Shown one piece after another: positions 17,298 through 26,439 of a DNA stretch of 32,000 nucleotides. The stretch's first letter is position 1. Each line of letters starts with the position of its first letter. Source of the DNA: Bacillus subtilis subsp. subtilis str. 168 (GTDB taxonomy: Bacteria > Bacillota > Bacilli > Bacillales > Bacillaceae); contig NC_000964.3 in assembly GCF_000009045.1 (NCBI RefSeq), forward strand, positions 2,490,001 through 2,522,000, read 5' to 3'. A program made the translations under genes and the position numbers. The notes beneath the pieces were generated by a model that saw only the letters and a program-made list of their open reading frames with translations, made no database searches and had not been told where the DNA came from.

Positions 17298-18203
17298 TTA
17301 TTCGTCAGGCAAAACGGTCTTGGCAATCGTTTTGTCTAACGCTTCATAGTCATAATAAGAAATCGTATCGTACAGTTCTTTTCGTGTCTGCATATCATGA
17401 AGTCCTTCTTTTTGTGAGCCGTGCTCCTTCATCAAACCAAACATCCGCTCACAAGCTTTTGCCGCCGCTCGAAGCGAGGTGACAGGATATATCACCATGT
17501 GAAACCCCATATCTTCGAATTCATCGGCACGATAATATGGCGTTTTCCCAAATTCAGTCATATTCGCAAGGAGCGGAACGGGGATACGCTCAGCAAACTG
17601 GCGGAATTCATTCTCCGCCTGTAGCGCTTCCGGGAAAATTGCGTCCGCTCCCGCCTCAATGTAAGCCTCTGAACGTTTTATTGCGGCATCAAGCCCTTCC
17701 TGCGCCCTGGCATCAGTACGGGCAACAACAATAAGGGAGGGTGCCGCTTGTTTAATGGCTTTTATTTTTTGCGCCATTTCCTTTATCGGAACTAGCTGTT
17801 TGCCATTTAAATGTCCGCATTTTTTTGGGAGCTGCTGGTCTTCCATTTGAACGGCTGCTACCCTGGCTTCAAGCATCTCCCGGGCTGTTCGGGCGGCATT
17901 TAAGACACCGCCAAATCCCGTATCGATATCCACAAGCAAAGGCAGATCAGCTGCACGCACAAGATCTTTGGCCCGTTCAGCTATCTCTGCCGATGTGATG
18001 ATCCCTAAATCAGGCAGCCCCCTGCTGGCTGTATAGGCAGCACCGGACAAATAAATAGCAGAAAAACCGGCTTCTTTCGCAAGCAAAGCGGCCATCCCGT
18101 CATGGGCGCCGGGAATTTGAAGAATGTCCGGTGCTGACATCAGCTTGCGGAAACGCCCGGCAAGCTCCTCTTGTGACGATTGCTTATTGACGATCCACGA
18201 CAT
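17298..18203 (-). CDS. mmgF: 2-methylisocitrate lyase (PrpB/isocitrate lyase-PEP mutase superfamily)
   Basis: 301 aa (yqiQ). ICL/PEPM signature around KKCGHLNGK. Last gene of the mmg cluster. Confidence 0.9.
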   Translation of the reverse strand: MSWIVNKQSSQEELAGRFRKLMSAPDILQIPGAHDGMAALLAKEAGFSAIYLSGAAYTASRGLPDLGIITSAEIAERAKDLVRAADLPLLVDIDTGFGGVLNAARTAREMLEARVAAVQMEDQQLPKKCGHLNGKQLVPIKEMAQKIKAIKQAAPSLIVVARTDARAQEGLDAAIKRSEAYIEAGADAIFPEALQAENEFRQFAERIPVPLLANMTEFGKTPYYRADEFEDMGFHMVIYPVTSLRAAAKACERMFGLMKEHGSQKEGLHDMQTRKELYDTISYYDYEALDKTIAKTVLPDE

Positions 18204-18220
18204 GAAACAAAATCCCCCTT

Positions 18221-19639
18221 TTACATGCAGAACATGTCTACGAATTCATTTACGCGCATCGTTTGTAATGTCTCATAGCTGGTACAGCGCTCATAAATGT
18301 GTTTGTGCTGTTTATCAGGAAAATGGGTTTTGAGATTGTCAGAAAACTTTTCCAGCAGTTTCGGCACTGCTTCCTCTCTTCGAAAACGATGGCCGAGGGG
18401 AAACTCACATTCCACCATTTCCGTGCTCGTTCCATCTTTAAAATGAACCTGAACGGCATTTGAGATGGAGCGTTTATCAGGCTTCAAATAATCCTCGGTA
18501 TATGTTTTATTTTCAGTCACTTCCATTTTATCACGAAGTTTATCTATTCTCGGATCATTCGCTGTTTCAGCTTCATAATGCTGTGCGGTGATATCACCAA
18601 AAAGCAAACCGATTGCTGTAATGTATTGGAGGCAGTGATCACGGTCTGCCGGATTGTGGAGCGGGCCTTTTTTATCAATGATTCGGATAGCTGATTCATG
18701 CGTTCTGATGACAACTCGGTCAATCTCGTCAATCCGGTTCTTTACCTGCGGGTGAAGAATGACGGCGGACTCCGCCGCTGTCTGGGCGTGAAATTCCGCA
18801 GGATAAGACACTTTAAATAACACATTTTCCATGACATAAGCGTCGAGCGGACGGGCAAGCTTGATCTCTTTCTTATTGAATAAAACGTCTTGGAACCCCC
18901 AACCCGGTGCACTCAAGGCTGTCGGATAACCCATTTCCCCTTTTAACGACATCAGCGCCAAATGAACACCTCTGCTCGTTGCATCTCCTGCCGCCCATGA
19001 TTTACGCGAGCCTGTATTCGGTGAATGGCGGTATGTCCTCAATGCTGCATTGTCAATCCATGCATTCGAAAGCGCATTTTTGATTTCTTCTCTTCCGCCG
19101 CCCAAAAGCTTTGCTGCAACAGCAGTTGTCGCAACTTTGACAAACAGCACATGGTCAAGGCCAACTCGATTTAAGCTGTTTTCTAACGCCAGCACACCTT
19201 GGATCTCGTGTGCTTTGATCATCATCTCAAGTACGTCGCGTACCGTTAACGGCTCTTTTCCTTCAGACAGCCTCACTCTTGATACATAATCAGCAGCGGC
19301 AAGGATTCCTCCCAAGTTATCGGATGGATGCCCCCACTCCGCCGCCAGCCACGTATCGTTGTAATCGAGCCAGCGAATCATGCAGCCAATATTAAACGCT
19401 GCCCTCACAGGATCGAGAACATATGACGTTCCCGGCACTTTGCTTCCATTCGGCACAGTCGTTCCTGGAACAATCGGGCCAAGCAGCTTTGTGCATTCCG
19501 GATACCGTAGCGCCAAGATTCCGCAGCCCAGGGTATCCAGCAATACATGCCCCGCTGTTGTATACGCTTCGGCACTAGTAATCTCTTTCTCAAGCACATA
19601 GTCTGTGATTTCTTCGATAACACGATCCGTTTTCGGCAT
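18221..19639 (-). CDS. mmgE: 2-methylcitrate dehydratase (PrpD/MmgE family)
   Basis: 472 aa from ATG 19639 ([12 protein letters not shown]...), with GAAAGGAG RBS 8 nt upstream. The ORF-track start at 19657 would overlap the mmgD stop and has no RBS. Confidence 0.92.
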
Positions 19640-19653
19640 TCTACCAGCTCCTT

Positions 19654-20772
19654 TCATGATTTTGTTTGATATCGCGGGCCCATGTAACTGACACGGGGAC
19701 GGAAGAGCCGATTATTGGCATGCTGTTCGATCACATGGGCGCATAAACCGGACGTTCTCGCGCTGAAAAAGATCGGCGTATATAAAGGAATCGGTATGCC
19801 GAGCATCCAATACACTGGGGCAGCATAGTAATCCAAATTCGGGTAAAGCCCTTTTTCCTTCTCCATCAGCCGCTCACCCGCTTCGCACATCTCATATAAA
19901 CGATGGTCACCGGCTTTATCGCATAATTGCTGCAGCGCCTCTTTCATCATGAGTGCTCTCGGGTCCATTTTTTTCATATACACCCGGTGGCCGAAGCCCA
20001 TGATTTTTTCTTTTCTTTTCAGTTTTGTTTGCAAAAGCTGCTCAAAATCAGATGTCGTTTTTGCCTCCAAAAGCAAATACATCACAGCTTCGTTTGCTCC
20101 TCCGTGAAGATTCCCTTTCAGGGAAGCGACAGCCCCAGTCAAAGCCCCATAAAGATCTGAATGTGTAGATGCAATGACCCTGGCCGCAAAGGTTGAATTC
20201 GGCATCTCATGCTCACTGTACAGGACGAGCGACCGGTCAAAAATCTGTTCTTCCAATGAAGACGGCAATTTCCCTGTCATCATGTAGAGAAAATTCGCAC
20301 TGTAGGATAGGGTTTGAAGCGGAAGAATCGGTTCTTTCTTATTAATGATCCTGTAGCTGGCAGCAGTGAGGGCAGGCATTTTCCCAAGAAGCTGATAGGC
20401 GCGTTCTTTGTTTGCGGAAGGAGACCGATCATCAATTTGCCGATCATAGCCAGCAAGTGCCGACAGGCCGGTACGCAGACCATCCATTGGATGAGTGTCC
20501 TCAGGGAGCAGCTCAAGCAGACGGAGATGATCAGCAGGCAGGCTTGAGGCACTGTTTATTTTACGTTCCAGCGTTTCCATTTCACTTTCTTCTGGCAGCC
20601 TGCCCTCCAGCAATAAATGGACAAGCTCCAGATAGCTTTTTGTTTCAGAAAGTTCTATTAAATCATAGCCTCTTATCAAAATCTGGCTGGACTGCGTGTC
20701 AAGATAAGAAATATGAGTTTCTGCCGCAATCACACCGTCCAACCCTGGAGAATAATGCTGTTTCTCCTCCAT
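19654..20772 (-). CDS. mmgD: 2-methylcitrate/citrate synthase
   Basis: 372 aa. Citrate synthase signature GFGHRVY. GGAGGT RBS. Confidence 0.93.
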
Positions 20773-20805
20773 ATCCTCAACCTCCGTTTTTGCGTTTTTT
20801 GTCTA

Positions 20806-21945
20806 TCAGGTTCCGCCAAGCAAATACTTGGAAATAATCAGTCTTTGAATCTCGTTCGTCCCTTCATAAATTTGCGTCACCTTTGCATCGCGAAGCAGGC
20901 GCTCAACTGGATAATCCTTCATATAGCCATATCCCCCATAAATTTGAACGGCGTCTAACGCCGCCTTTACGGCTGCATCGGAAGCAAATTGTTTAGCCAT
21001 AGACGCTTCTTTTCCACAGTTTAGGCCGCGGTTATGAAGGTCTGCAGCGTGGTAGACAAGATGTCTTGCCGCCTCAGCTCTAGTCGCCATATCAGCCAGC
21101 TTAAATGATATGCCTTGATTGGCTGCAATCGGCCTTCCAAATTGCACTCGCTGCTTCGCATAATCAACGGCATGCTCAAGAGCCGCCTCTGCAATTCCGA
21201 GGGCCTGTGCCGCAATGCCGATCCGGCCGACATTTAAATTCGCCATGGCAATGTGAAAGCCATCCCCCTCTTTGCCAAGCAAATTGGCTTCAGGCACTTC
21301 TGCATTATCAAAAATCAGTTCCGTAGTATTGGAGCCATAAAGCCCCAGCTTTCTTTCTTTTTTTCCAACGGTAAAACCGGGTGTGTTTTTTTCAACAATA
21401 AAAGCCGAAATCCCGTGCCTGCCTTGATCTGGAGCTGTTAAAGCAAATGTGATATAGATATCAGCTGCTCCGCCATTCGTTATGAATATTTTCGATCCGT
21501 TTAATAGGTATTTGCCGTTCTTTTTGATTGCTGTTGTGCGGAGGCTCCCGGCATCCGACCCCGAGTGAGGCTCCGTTAGTGCAAATGCGCCCAAATGGTC
21601 TCCTGACGCGAGATTTGGTATATATTTCATCTTCTGTTCTTCGTTGCCGAAATACAGAATCGGATTCGTGCCGACTGAGGTATGAACGGAGAGAATCACG
21701 CCGACAGCCGCGCTGATTCTAGAAATCTCATGAATTGCCAAAATATAAGAAACAACGTCCGCTCCAGCACCGCCGTATTGTTCCGGCACCGGTATTCCCA
21801 TCAGTCCGTGTTTACCCATTTTTTTGATCAGCTGAAAGGGAAATTCGTCCGTTTTCTCCATGATTTCCGCAGCGGGAGCAATTTCTTTTCGTGCAAAATC
21901 ACGCACCATTTTTCGCATCATGACTTGCTCTTGGGTTACATGCAA
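20806..21945 (-). CDS. mmgC: Short-chain acyl-CoA dehydrogenase (FAD)
   Basis: ACAD family (FALTEPHSGSD, YEGTNEIQRL). I favour the TTG start at 21945 (379 aa, MHVTQEQ...), with GGGGGTGG 6 to 7 nt upstream. The GTG at 21954 used by the track is possible but sits inside that RBS. Confidence 0.88.
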   Translation of the reverse strand: MHVTQEQVMMRKMVRDFARKEIAPAAEIMEKTDEFPFQLIKKMGKHGLMGIPVPEQYGGAGADVVSYILAIHEISRISAAVGVILSVHTSVGTNPILYFGNEEQKMKYIPNLASGDHLGAFALTEPHSGSDAGSLRTTAIKKNGKYLLNGSKIFITNGGAADIYITFALTAPDQGRHGISAFIVEKNTPGFTVGKKERKLGLYGSNTTELIFDNAEVPEANLLGKEGDGFHIAMANLNVGRIGIAAQALGIAEAALEHAVDYAKQRVQFGRPIAANQGISFKLADMATRAEAARHLVYHAADLHNRGLNCGKEASMAKQFASDAAVKAALDAVQIYGGYGYMKDYPVERLLRDAKVTQIYEGTNEIQRLIISKYLLGGT

Positions 21946-21972
21946 CTCGGCCACCCCCGGATGGAATAGACT

Positions 21973-22836
21973 TCAGGAAGTCTTCTCCTCATAGTCATAA
22001 AAACCGCGTCCGCTCTTTTTGCCAAGCCAGCCTGCTTTGACATACTTGCGGAGCAGCGGGCAAGGACGGTATTTGGAATCGCCAAGGCCTGAGTGAAGGA
22101 CTTCCATAATTGATAAACACGTATCCAGTCCGATAAAATCCGCTAATGCAAGCGGACCCATCGGATGATTCATGCCCAGCTTCATCACTTCATCTATTGC
22201 CTCCGGCTTCGCCACTCCCTCATACACGCAATAGATGGCTTCATTAATCATTGGAAGAAGCACACGGTTGGAAACAAACCCAGGAAAATCATTGACTTCT
22301 ACCGCTGTTTTCCCCATCTTTTCCGCTAATGCCATAACATCTAAGGCCGTTTCTTCTGATGTAGCCAAGCCTCGAATCACTTCTACCAGCTTCATTACAG
22401 GGACGGGATTCATAAAATGCATGCCAATAACCCGTTGAGGCCGGTTTGTTACAGCAGCGATTTCTGTAATAGGCAAGGAAGATGTATTGCTGGCCAAAAT
22501 CGTATGAGGCGGGCAAATGCGATCAAGTGTTTTAAACATCTCAGTTTTTGCCGCCATGTTTTCTGCGATAGCCTCAATCACAATGTCCGCATGCTCTGCC
22601 TCCTCAAGTGTTTGAGAAATCGAAATGCGGTTGATTACGCTCTTCACTTCCGTCTCGGTCCTTTTTCCTTTCTCAGCATCACGGGCCAGCTGTTTCTTCA
22701 GCCGTTTCAATCCTGCCTCCGCGGCCTCTGGATTCACATCATACATCCGCACATAAAAGCCCGCGTCGGCGGCTGTTTGAGCAATTCCGCTCCCCATCTG
22801 ACCTGCGCCAGCTACCATGATTTGTTTGATTTCCAT
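21973..22836 (-). CDS. mmgB: 3-hydroxybutyryl-CoA dehydrogenase (NAD)
   Basis: 287 aa. Rossmann motif [10 protein letters not shown]. 3HCDH N- and C-terminal domains. Confidence 0.93.
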   Translation of the reverse strand: MEIKQIMVAGAGQMGSGIAQTAADAGFYVRMYDVNPEAAEAGLKRLKKQLARDAEKGKRTETEVKSVINRISISQTLEEAEHADIVIEAIAENMAAKTEMFKTLDRICPPHTILASNTSSLPITEIAAVTNRPQRVIGMHFMNPVPVMKLVEVIRGLATSEETALDVMALAEKMGKTAVEVNDFPGFVSNRVLLPMINEAIYCVYEGVAKPEAIDEVMKLGMNHPMGPLALADFIGLDTCLSIMEVLHSGLGDSKYRPCPLLRKYVKAGWLGKKSGRGFYDYEEKTS

Positions 22837-22860
22837 TCAAATCCCCTTTTTCATCATGTT

Positions 22861-24042
22861 TTAATGAACCTGCACTAAGACGGCGTCTCCCTGTGCTGCC
22901 CCGCTGCAAATAGCGGCAACGCCCAGACCCCCTCCCCGTCGCTTTAATTCATAAACAAGCGTCATGAGAATTCTCGCACCGCTCGCGCCGATCGGGTGGC
23001 CGAGCGCGATCGCACCGCCATTCACATTTACTTTTTCAAGATCGAAACCTACGATTTTTTCACATGTCAAAACAACTGAAGCAAAAGCTTCATTTACTTC
23101 AAACAAGTCAATATCTTGGACAGTTAAACCATTCTTTTTCAGGAGCTTGTTAATAGCAAACCCTGGCGCTGCCGCCAGCTCGTGCGCTGGCATTCCCGTA
23201 GTTGAAAAACCAAGAATTGTAGCCAGAGGCCGTTTGCCAAGCTCAGCAGCTTTTTCCTCAGACATCAGCACGAACGCGCCGGCTCCGTCATTGACTCCAG
23301 GAGCATTGCCGGCTGTGATAGAACCGTCACTTGCATAAATCGGAGCAAGTTTTGCGAGCTGATCCAGACTTGTGTCACGGCGAATCGCTTCATCTTTATC
23401 AACAACGTTTGGTTTTCCTTTTCGACCGATCCAGTTGACGGGAACAATTTCATCCTGAAACTTCCCTTCATCGGCGGCCTTAGCTGCCCTTGCATGACTT
23501 CTCAACGCCCATTCGTCCTGCTCTCTTCGTGAGATTGCATATTCCTTGGCAGCTGTATTTCCGTGAACAGCCATGTGCACCTCGTCAAATGCGCACGTTA
23601 ATCCGTCATACACCATTAAGTCCCTAAGCTCGCCGTCCCCCATCCGTGCTCCCCAGCGCCCGGCGGGAACGGCATACGGAATATTGCTCATGCTTTCCAT
23701 CCCCCCCGCAACAAGTATGTCCGCATCCTGCGCCCGAATCATTTGATCACATAAAGTGACAGCGCGAAGGCCGGAAGCACAGACTTTATTCAGTGTTTCT
23801 GACGGCACACTCCAAGGCATTCCCGCCAGACGGGCAGCTTGACGGGAAGGTATCTGCCCTGAGCCGGCCTGGACAACCATGCCCATGACGTTTCCTTCTA
23901 CATCATCTCCAGAGACTCCAGCCTGTTGCAGCGCCTCCTTCATCACAATGCCCCCAAGCTCAGCAGCTTTCACCTCTTTCAAAACTCCGCCGAATTTGCC
24001 AAATGGAGTTCTTGCAGCACTTACAATGACTGTTTTCCTCAT
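22861..24042 (-). CDS. mmgA: Acetyl-CoA C-acetyltransferase (thiolase II)
   Basis: 393 aa. Acyl-enzyme Cys region [11 protein letters not shown]-terminal [19 protein letters not shown] and active-site Cys ICSGAAQG. Confidence 0.95.
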
Positions 24043-24064
24043 GGTTTCACCTCATTCAGAAGAT

Positions 24065-24078
24065 AGACAGCGCTTACA
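24065..24078 (-). promoter_or_regulatory. Catabolite-responsive element (cre, CcpA site) in the mmgA leader
   Basis: Minus strand TGTAAGCGCTGTCT against the cre consensus TGWAANCGNTNWCA, with only the last position deviating. Located between the candidate sigma-E -10 and the mmgA RBS. Confidence 0.75.
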
Positions 24079-24098
24079 ATTTCTAGTTGTCTTCTATG

Positions 24099-24130
24099 AA
24101 TGTATGCTTTGAAACGGGCATGAATGAATG
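24099..24130 (-). promoter_or_regulatory. Candidate sigma-E (mother-cell) promoter of the mmg operon
   Basis: Minus strand -10 CATACATT (24106..24099) fits the sigma-E -10 CATAcanT. An upstream TCAT-rich stretch (TTCATTCATTCATG) is a plausible -35. The assignment relies on published sigma-E dependence of mmg. Confidence 0.55.
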
Positions 24131-24164
24131 AAAAAAGAAGGCTGCGTCAAACAGCCTCCTTCTA
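24131..24164 (-). terminator. Terminator after yqiK
   Basis: Minus strand GAAGGAGGCTG-tttgacg-CAGCCTTC followed by TTTTTT. The stem has a small bulge. Confidence 0.55.
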
Positions 24165-24168
24165 ACAA

Positions 24169-24900
24169 CTATTCATTTTTCAGCAATGCCGAAGCCTTTT
24201 CTGGAAAGTCGGTAAACATGCCGTCTGCTCCCGCTTCAATGAGACGCTTCATATCTTCCGGACGATTGACTGTATACGGCCTTACCTTAATCAAACCGTT
24301 CCTCATTTTCTTCAGTACTTCATCTGTGACCCCTGGGCTGTTTATCTTCGGGTGATAGCCGGAAGCCGGAATAGACGCGATATATCGATCTGCCTGATAA
24401 AGCACATCTGAAGTTAATACTGCCCGTTCGATATGCGGTGCAAGCCGGGCGCACAGCGCCAAGCTGTCATGATTAAACGTGGATAGGATGACTCTGTCCT
24501 CTACATTAAATCGCTTCACTGCCTCCAGCACTTTTTCTTCCATTCCCTCATAGCGGATCACGCTGTTTTTTAATTCAATGTTGATGAGAAAATCCTTTTT
24601 TACCGCCCACGAGAGCACATCTTCTAGCAGCGGCACTTTTATATCGCTGTACGCTTGATCGTGACCAGCGGCCGCATTCGCAGTCTTTACCTCATCATAG
24701 GCTGTATCCTTCACGAATCCTTTAAGTGATGTCGTGCGATTAAGTCTTTCATCATGAATTACAACAATGCGTCCGTCTTTCGTCAGCTGTACATCAAGCT
24801 CTATCCCATCCGCTCCGGCTTCAATTCCTTTTTCAAATGCAAGCATTGTATTTTCGGGAAATTGACCTGATGCCCCCCGGTGGGCAAAAATCTTTGTCAT
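24169..24900 (-). CDS. yqiK: Glycerophosphodiester phosphodiesterase (GDPD family), no signal peptide
   Basis: 243 aa. GDPD N-terminal motif FAHRGASGQFPENT and the ELDVQLTKDG region. GAGGTGA RBS. Confidence 0.9.
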   Translation of the reverse strand: MTKIFAHRGASGQFPENTMLAFEKGIEAGADGIELDVQLTKDGRIVVIHDERLNRTTSLKGFVKDTAYDEVKTANAAAGHDQAYSDIKVPLLEDVLSWAVKKDFLINIELKNSVIRYEGMEEKVLEAVKRFNVEDRVILSTFNHDSLALCARLAPHIERAVLTSDVLYQADRYIASIPASGYHPKINSPGVTDEVLKKMRNGLIKVRPYTVNRPEDMKRLIEAGADGMFTDFPEKASALLKNE

Positions 24901-24978
24901 CGTTTCACCTCAAACCCTAAAGTTTTCTCCATTATACTTATTTTGTCGGCTCCACTCTAGGATTAAGGCTGTATCAAT

Positions 24979-25599
24979 CTACTGATCATAATAAGAATCA
25001 ATGCCATTGACAATCGCATCTGCGGCCTTTTGCTGGTATTCTTCACTTCCCAGCTTGTCCGCGTCAGAGCTGTTCGTGATAAACCCAAGCTCCGCCAACA
25101 CACTTGGCATTTGTGAATATGTAATGACGTAAAAGTCTGATTCTTTCACGCCCCTGTCTCTCGTTTGTAAGGAAGAAACGAGCTGTGACTGAATATCGGA
25201 TGCCAGACGCCGGCTGTTCTCCCCTTCATAATCAGATTGAAAATACGTTTCTGTTCCTGAAGCTGAAGCAACCCCTGAATTCACATGAATGCTGACAAAA
25301 AGGTCAGCCTGATTGGCACTTGCCTTAGCCACTCTTTCCTCCAAGGTCAGAAAATGATCGTCAGACCGGGATGCAACAGGATTGGCTCCCTCCTCTTTTA
25401 GTTTGTCTGTCACATGCTCTGAGACAGCCAAATTAATATCCTTTTCAAAGAGCCCGTTTCCGACCGCTCCACTGTCTTCACCGCCGTGTCCGGCATCAAT
25501 ATACACTGTTTTCCCTTCTATCGGCTCTGCTGCCTGTGCACAAGGCGCGAGCGTCAAAGCCAATCCGCACAGCGCCAAGCTCCTCCATAACATTCTCAA
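24979..25599 (-). CDS. yqiI: Secreted N-acetylmuramoyl-L-alanine amidase (Amidase_3)
   Basis: Amidase_3 motif IDAGHGGEDSGA. Signal peptide ending AQA|AEP. I favour the TTG start at 25599 (206 aa), with GGAGGGAG 4 nt upstream. ATG at 25593 is an alternative. Confidence 0.85.
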   Translation of the reverse strand: MRMLWRSLALCGLALTLAPCAQAAEPIEGKTVYIDAGHGGEDSGAVGNGLFEKDINLAVSEHVTDKLKEEGANPVASRSDDHFLTLEERVAKASANQADLFVSIHVNSGVASASGTETYFQSDYEGENSRRLASDIQSQLVSSLQTRDRGVKESDFYVITYSQMPSVLAELGFITNSSDADKLGSEEYQQKAADAIVNGIDSYYDQ

Positions 25600-25613
25600 C
25601 TTACTCCCTCCGG

Positions 25614-25907
25614 TCACGAGTTCTTTCGCAGCTGAATATCTTCCAGCTGTAAAGTTCCATTATCCTTCTTTGTATATTTCACCAGGACATGTGTCTGATC
25701 TGGCAGTGATTCACATTCATCACGTTTATCCTTCGGAACTTGTATCATGGTTTCTTCTCCATTAAGAGAAACCGCAATCGTATGAGGATCAGCCGAGCCA
25801 ATGTATTTTCCCTCTTCGGTAAACCTCGGCACTGAGTCATCCGCACTTGCAACACTGCACCCCGAAAGAAAGAGCGCAGTAAACAGCAAAAGAACCGTTT
25901 GTTTCAC
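25614..25907 (-). CDS. yqiH: Small lipoprotein
   Basis: 97 aa from GTG 25907 (MKQTVLLLFTALFLSGC|S lipobox), with GAGGTGG RBS 4 to 5 nt upstream. The ORF-track start at 26006 adds 33 residues with no RBS. Confidence 0.85.
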   Translation of the reverse strand: MKQTVLLLFTALFLSGCSVASADDSVPRFTEEGKYIGSADPHTIAVSLNGEETMIQVPKDKRDECESLPDQTHVLVKYTKKDNGTLQLEDIQLRKNS

Positions 25908-26377
25908 ATGACCACCTCTTCCTGATGTTTGGCTTTTATCTTTGACCAGAATGGAGAATTTGTAAAGACAACGCGAATGCAGGCGAGCAAGTTCCATGAT
26001 TTTCAAAAGGGCTATACGACCCGATCATTTCCTGTTGTTAGAAAGATAACGAGCAGATTTGTCTATGAGGATGGCTCTAATTGAGGCGCCAATTAGAAAA
26101 AATTAGCGGAAAGAAGCAACTTTTTATTCATTTTAAAAAATTTGAGAATAGGGTGAGCAAATCGTTTGACGGGTGGGTCAGCCAAGCGTAACCTTTTAAA
26201 GGATATTTACTTTATTGAAAGAAGTTAAAGCCATGAAAAAATTCGTTCTGCTGCTGGCGGCAGCTGTCATCACATGCTCCATCGGCCACCAAATCAGTGG
26301 CGGCTACAAAGGCCCCGAAAAAGAGCGGCCAAAACATCACTCTGCACTCAAGATATTCAGTCGGTAAAGCAGATCAA

Positions 26378-26407
26378 TTGCATTAATTTTTACATATAGG
26401 CTAGAAT
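26378..26407 (+). promoter_or_regulatory. Candidate sigma-A promoter of yqiG
   Basis: TTGCAT (26378..26383), an 18-nt spacer and TAGAAT (26402..26407), about 33 nt upstream of the yqiG ATG. Confidence 0.55.
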
Positions 26408-26439
26408 ATGTGCGAATCCAAACGAAAGAAGATGATCAA

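Noticed and set aside
24113-24127. Short tandem (TGAA/TCAT) repeat gaatgaatgaa upstream of mmgA
   Set aside because: It has fewer than three full units. It most likely just forms the -35 region of the mmg promoter and is not a distinct repeat feature.
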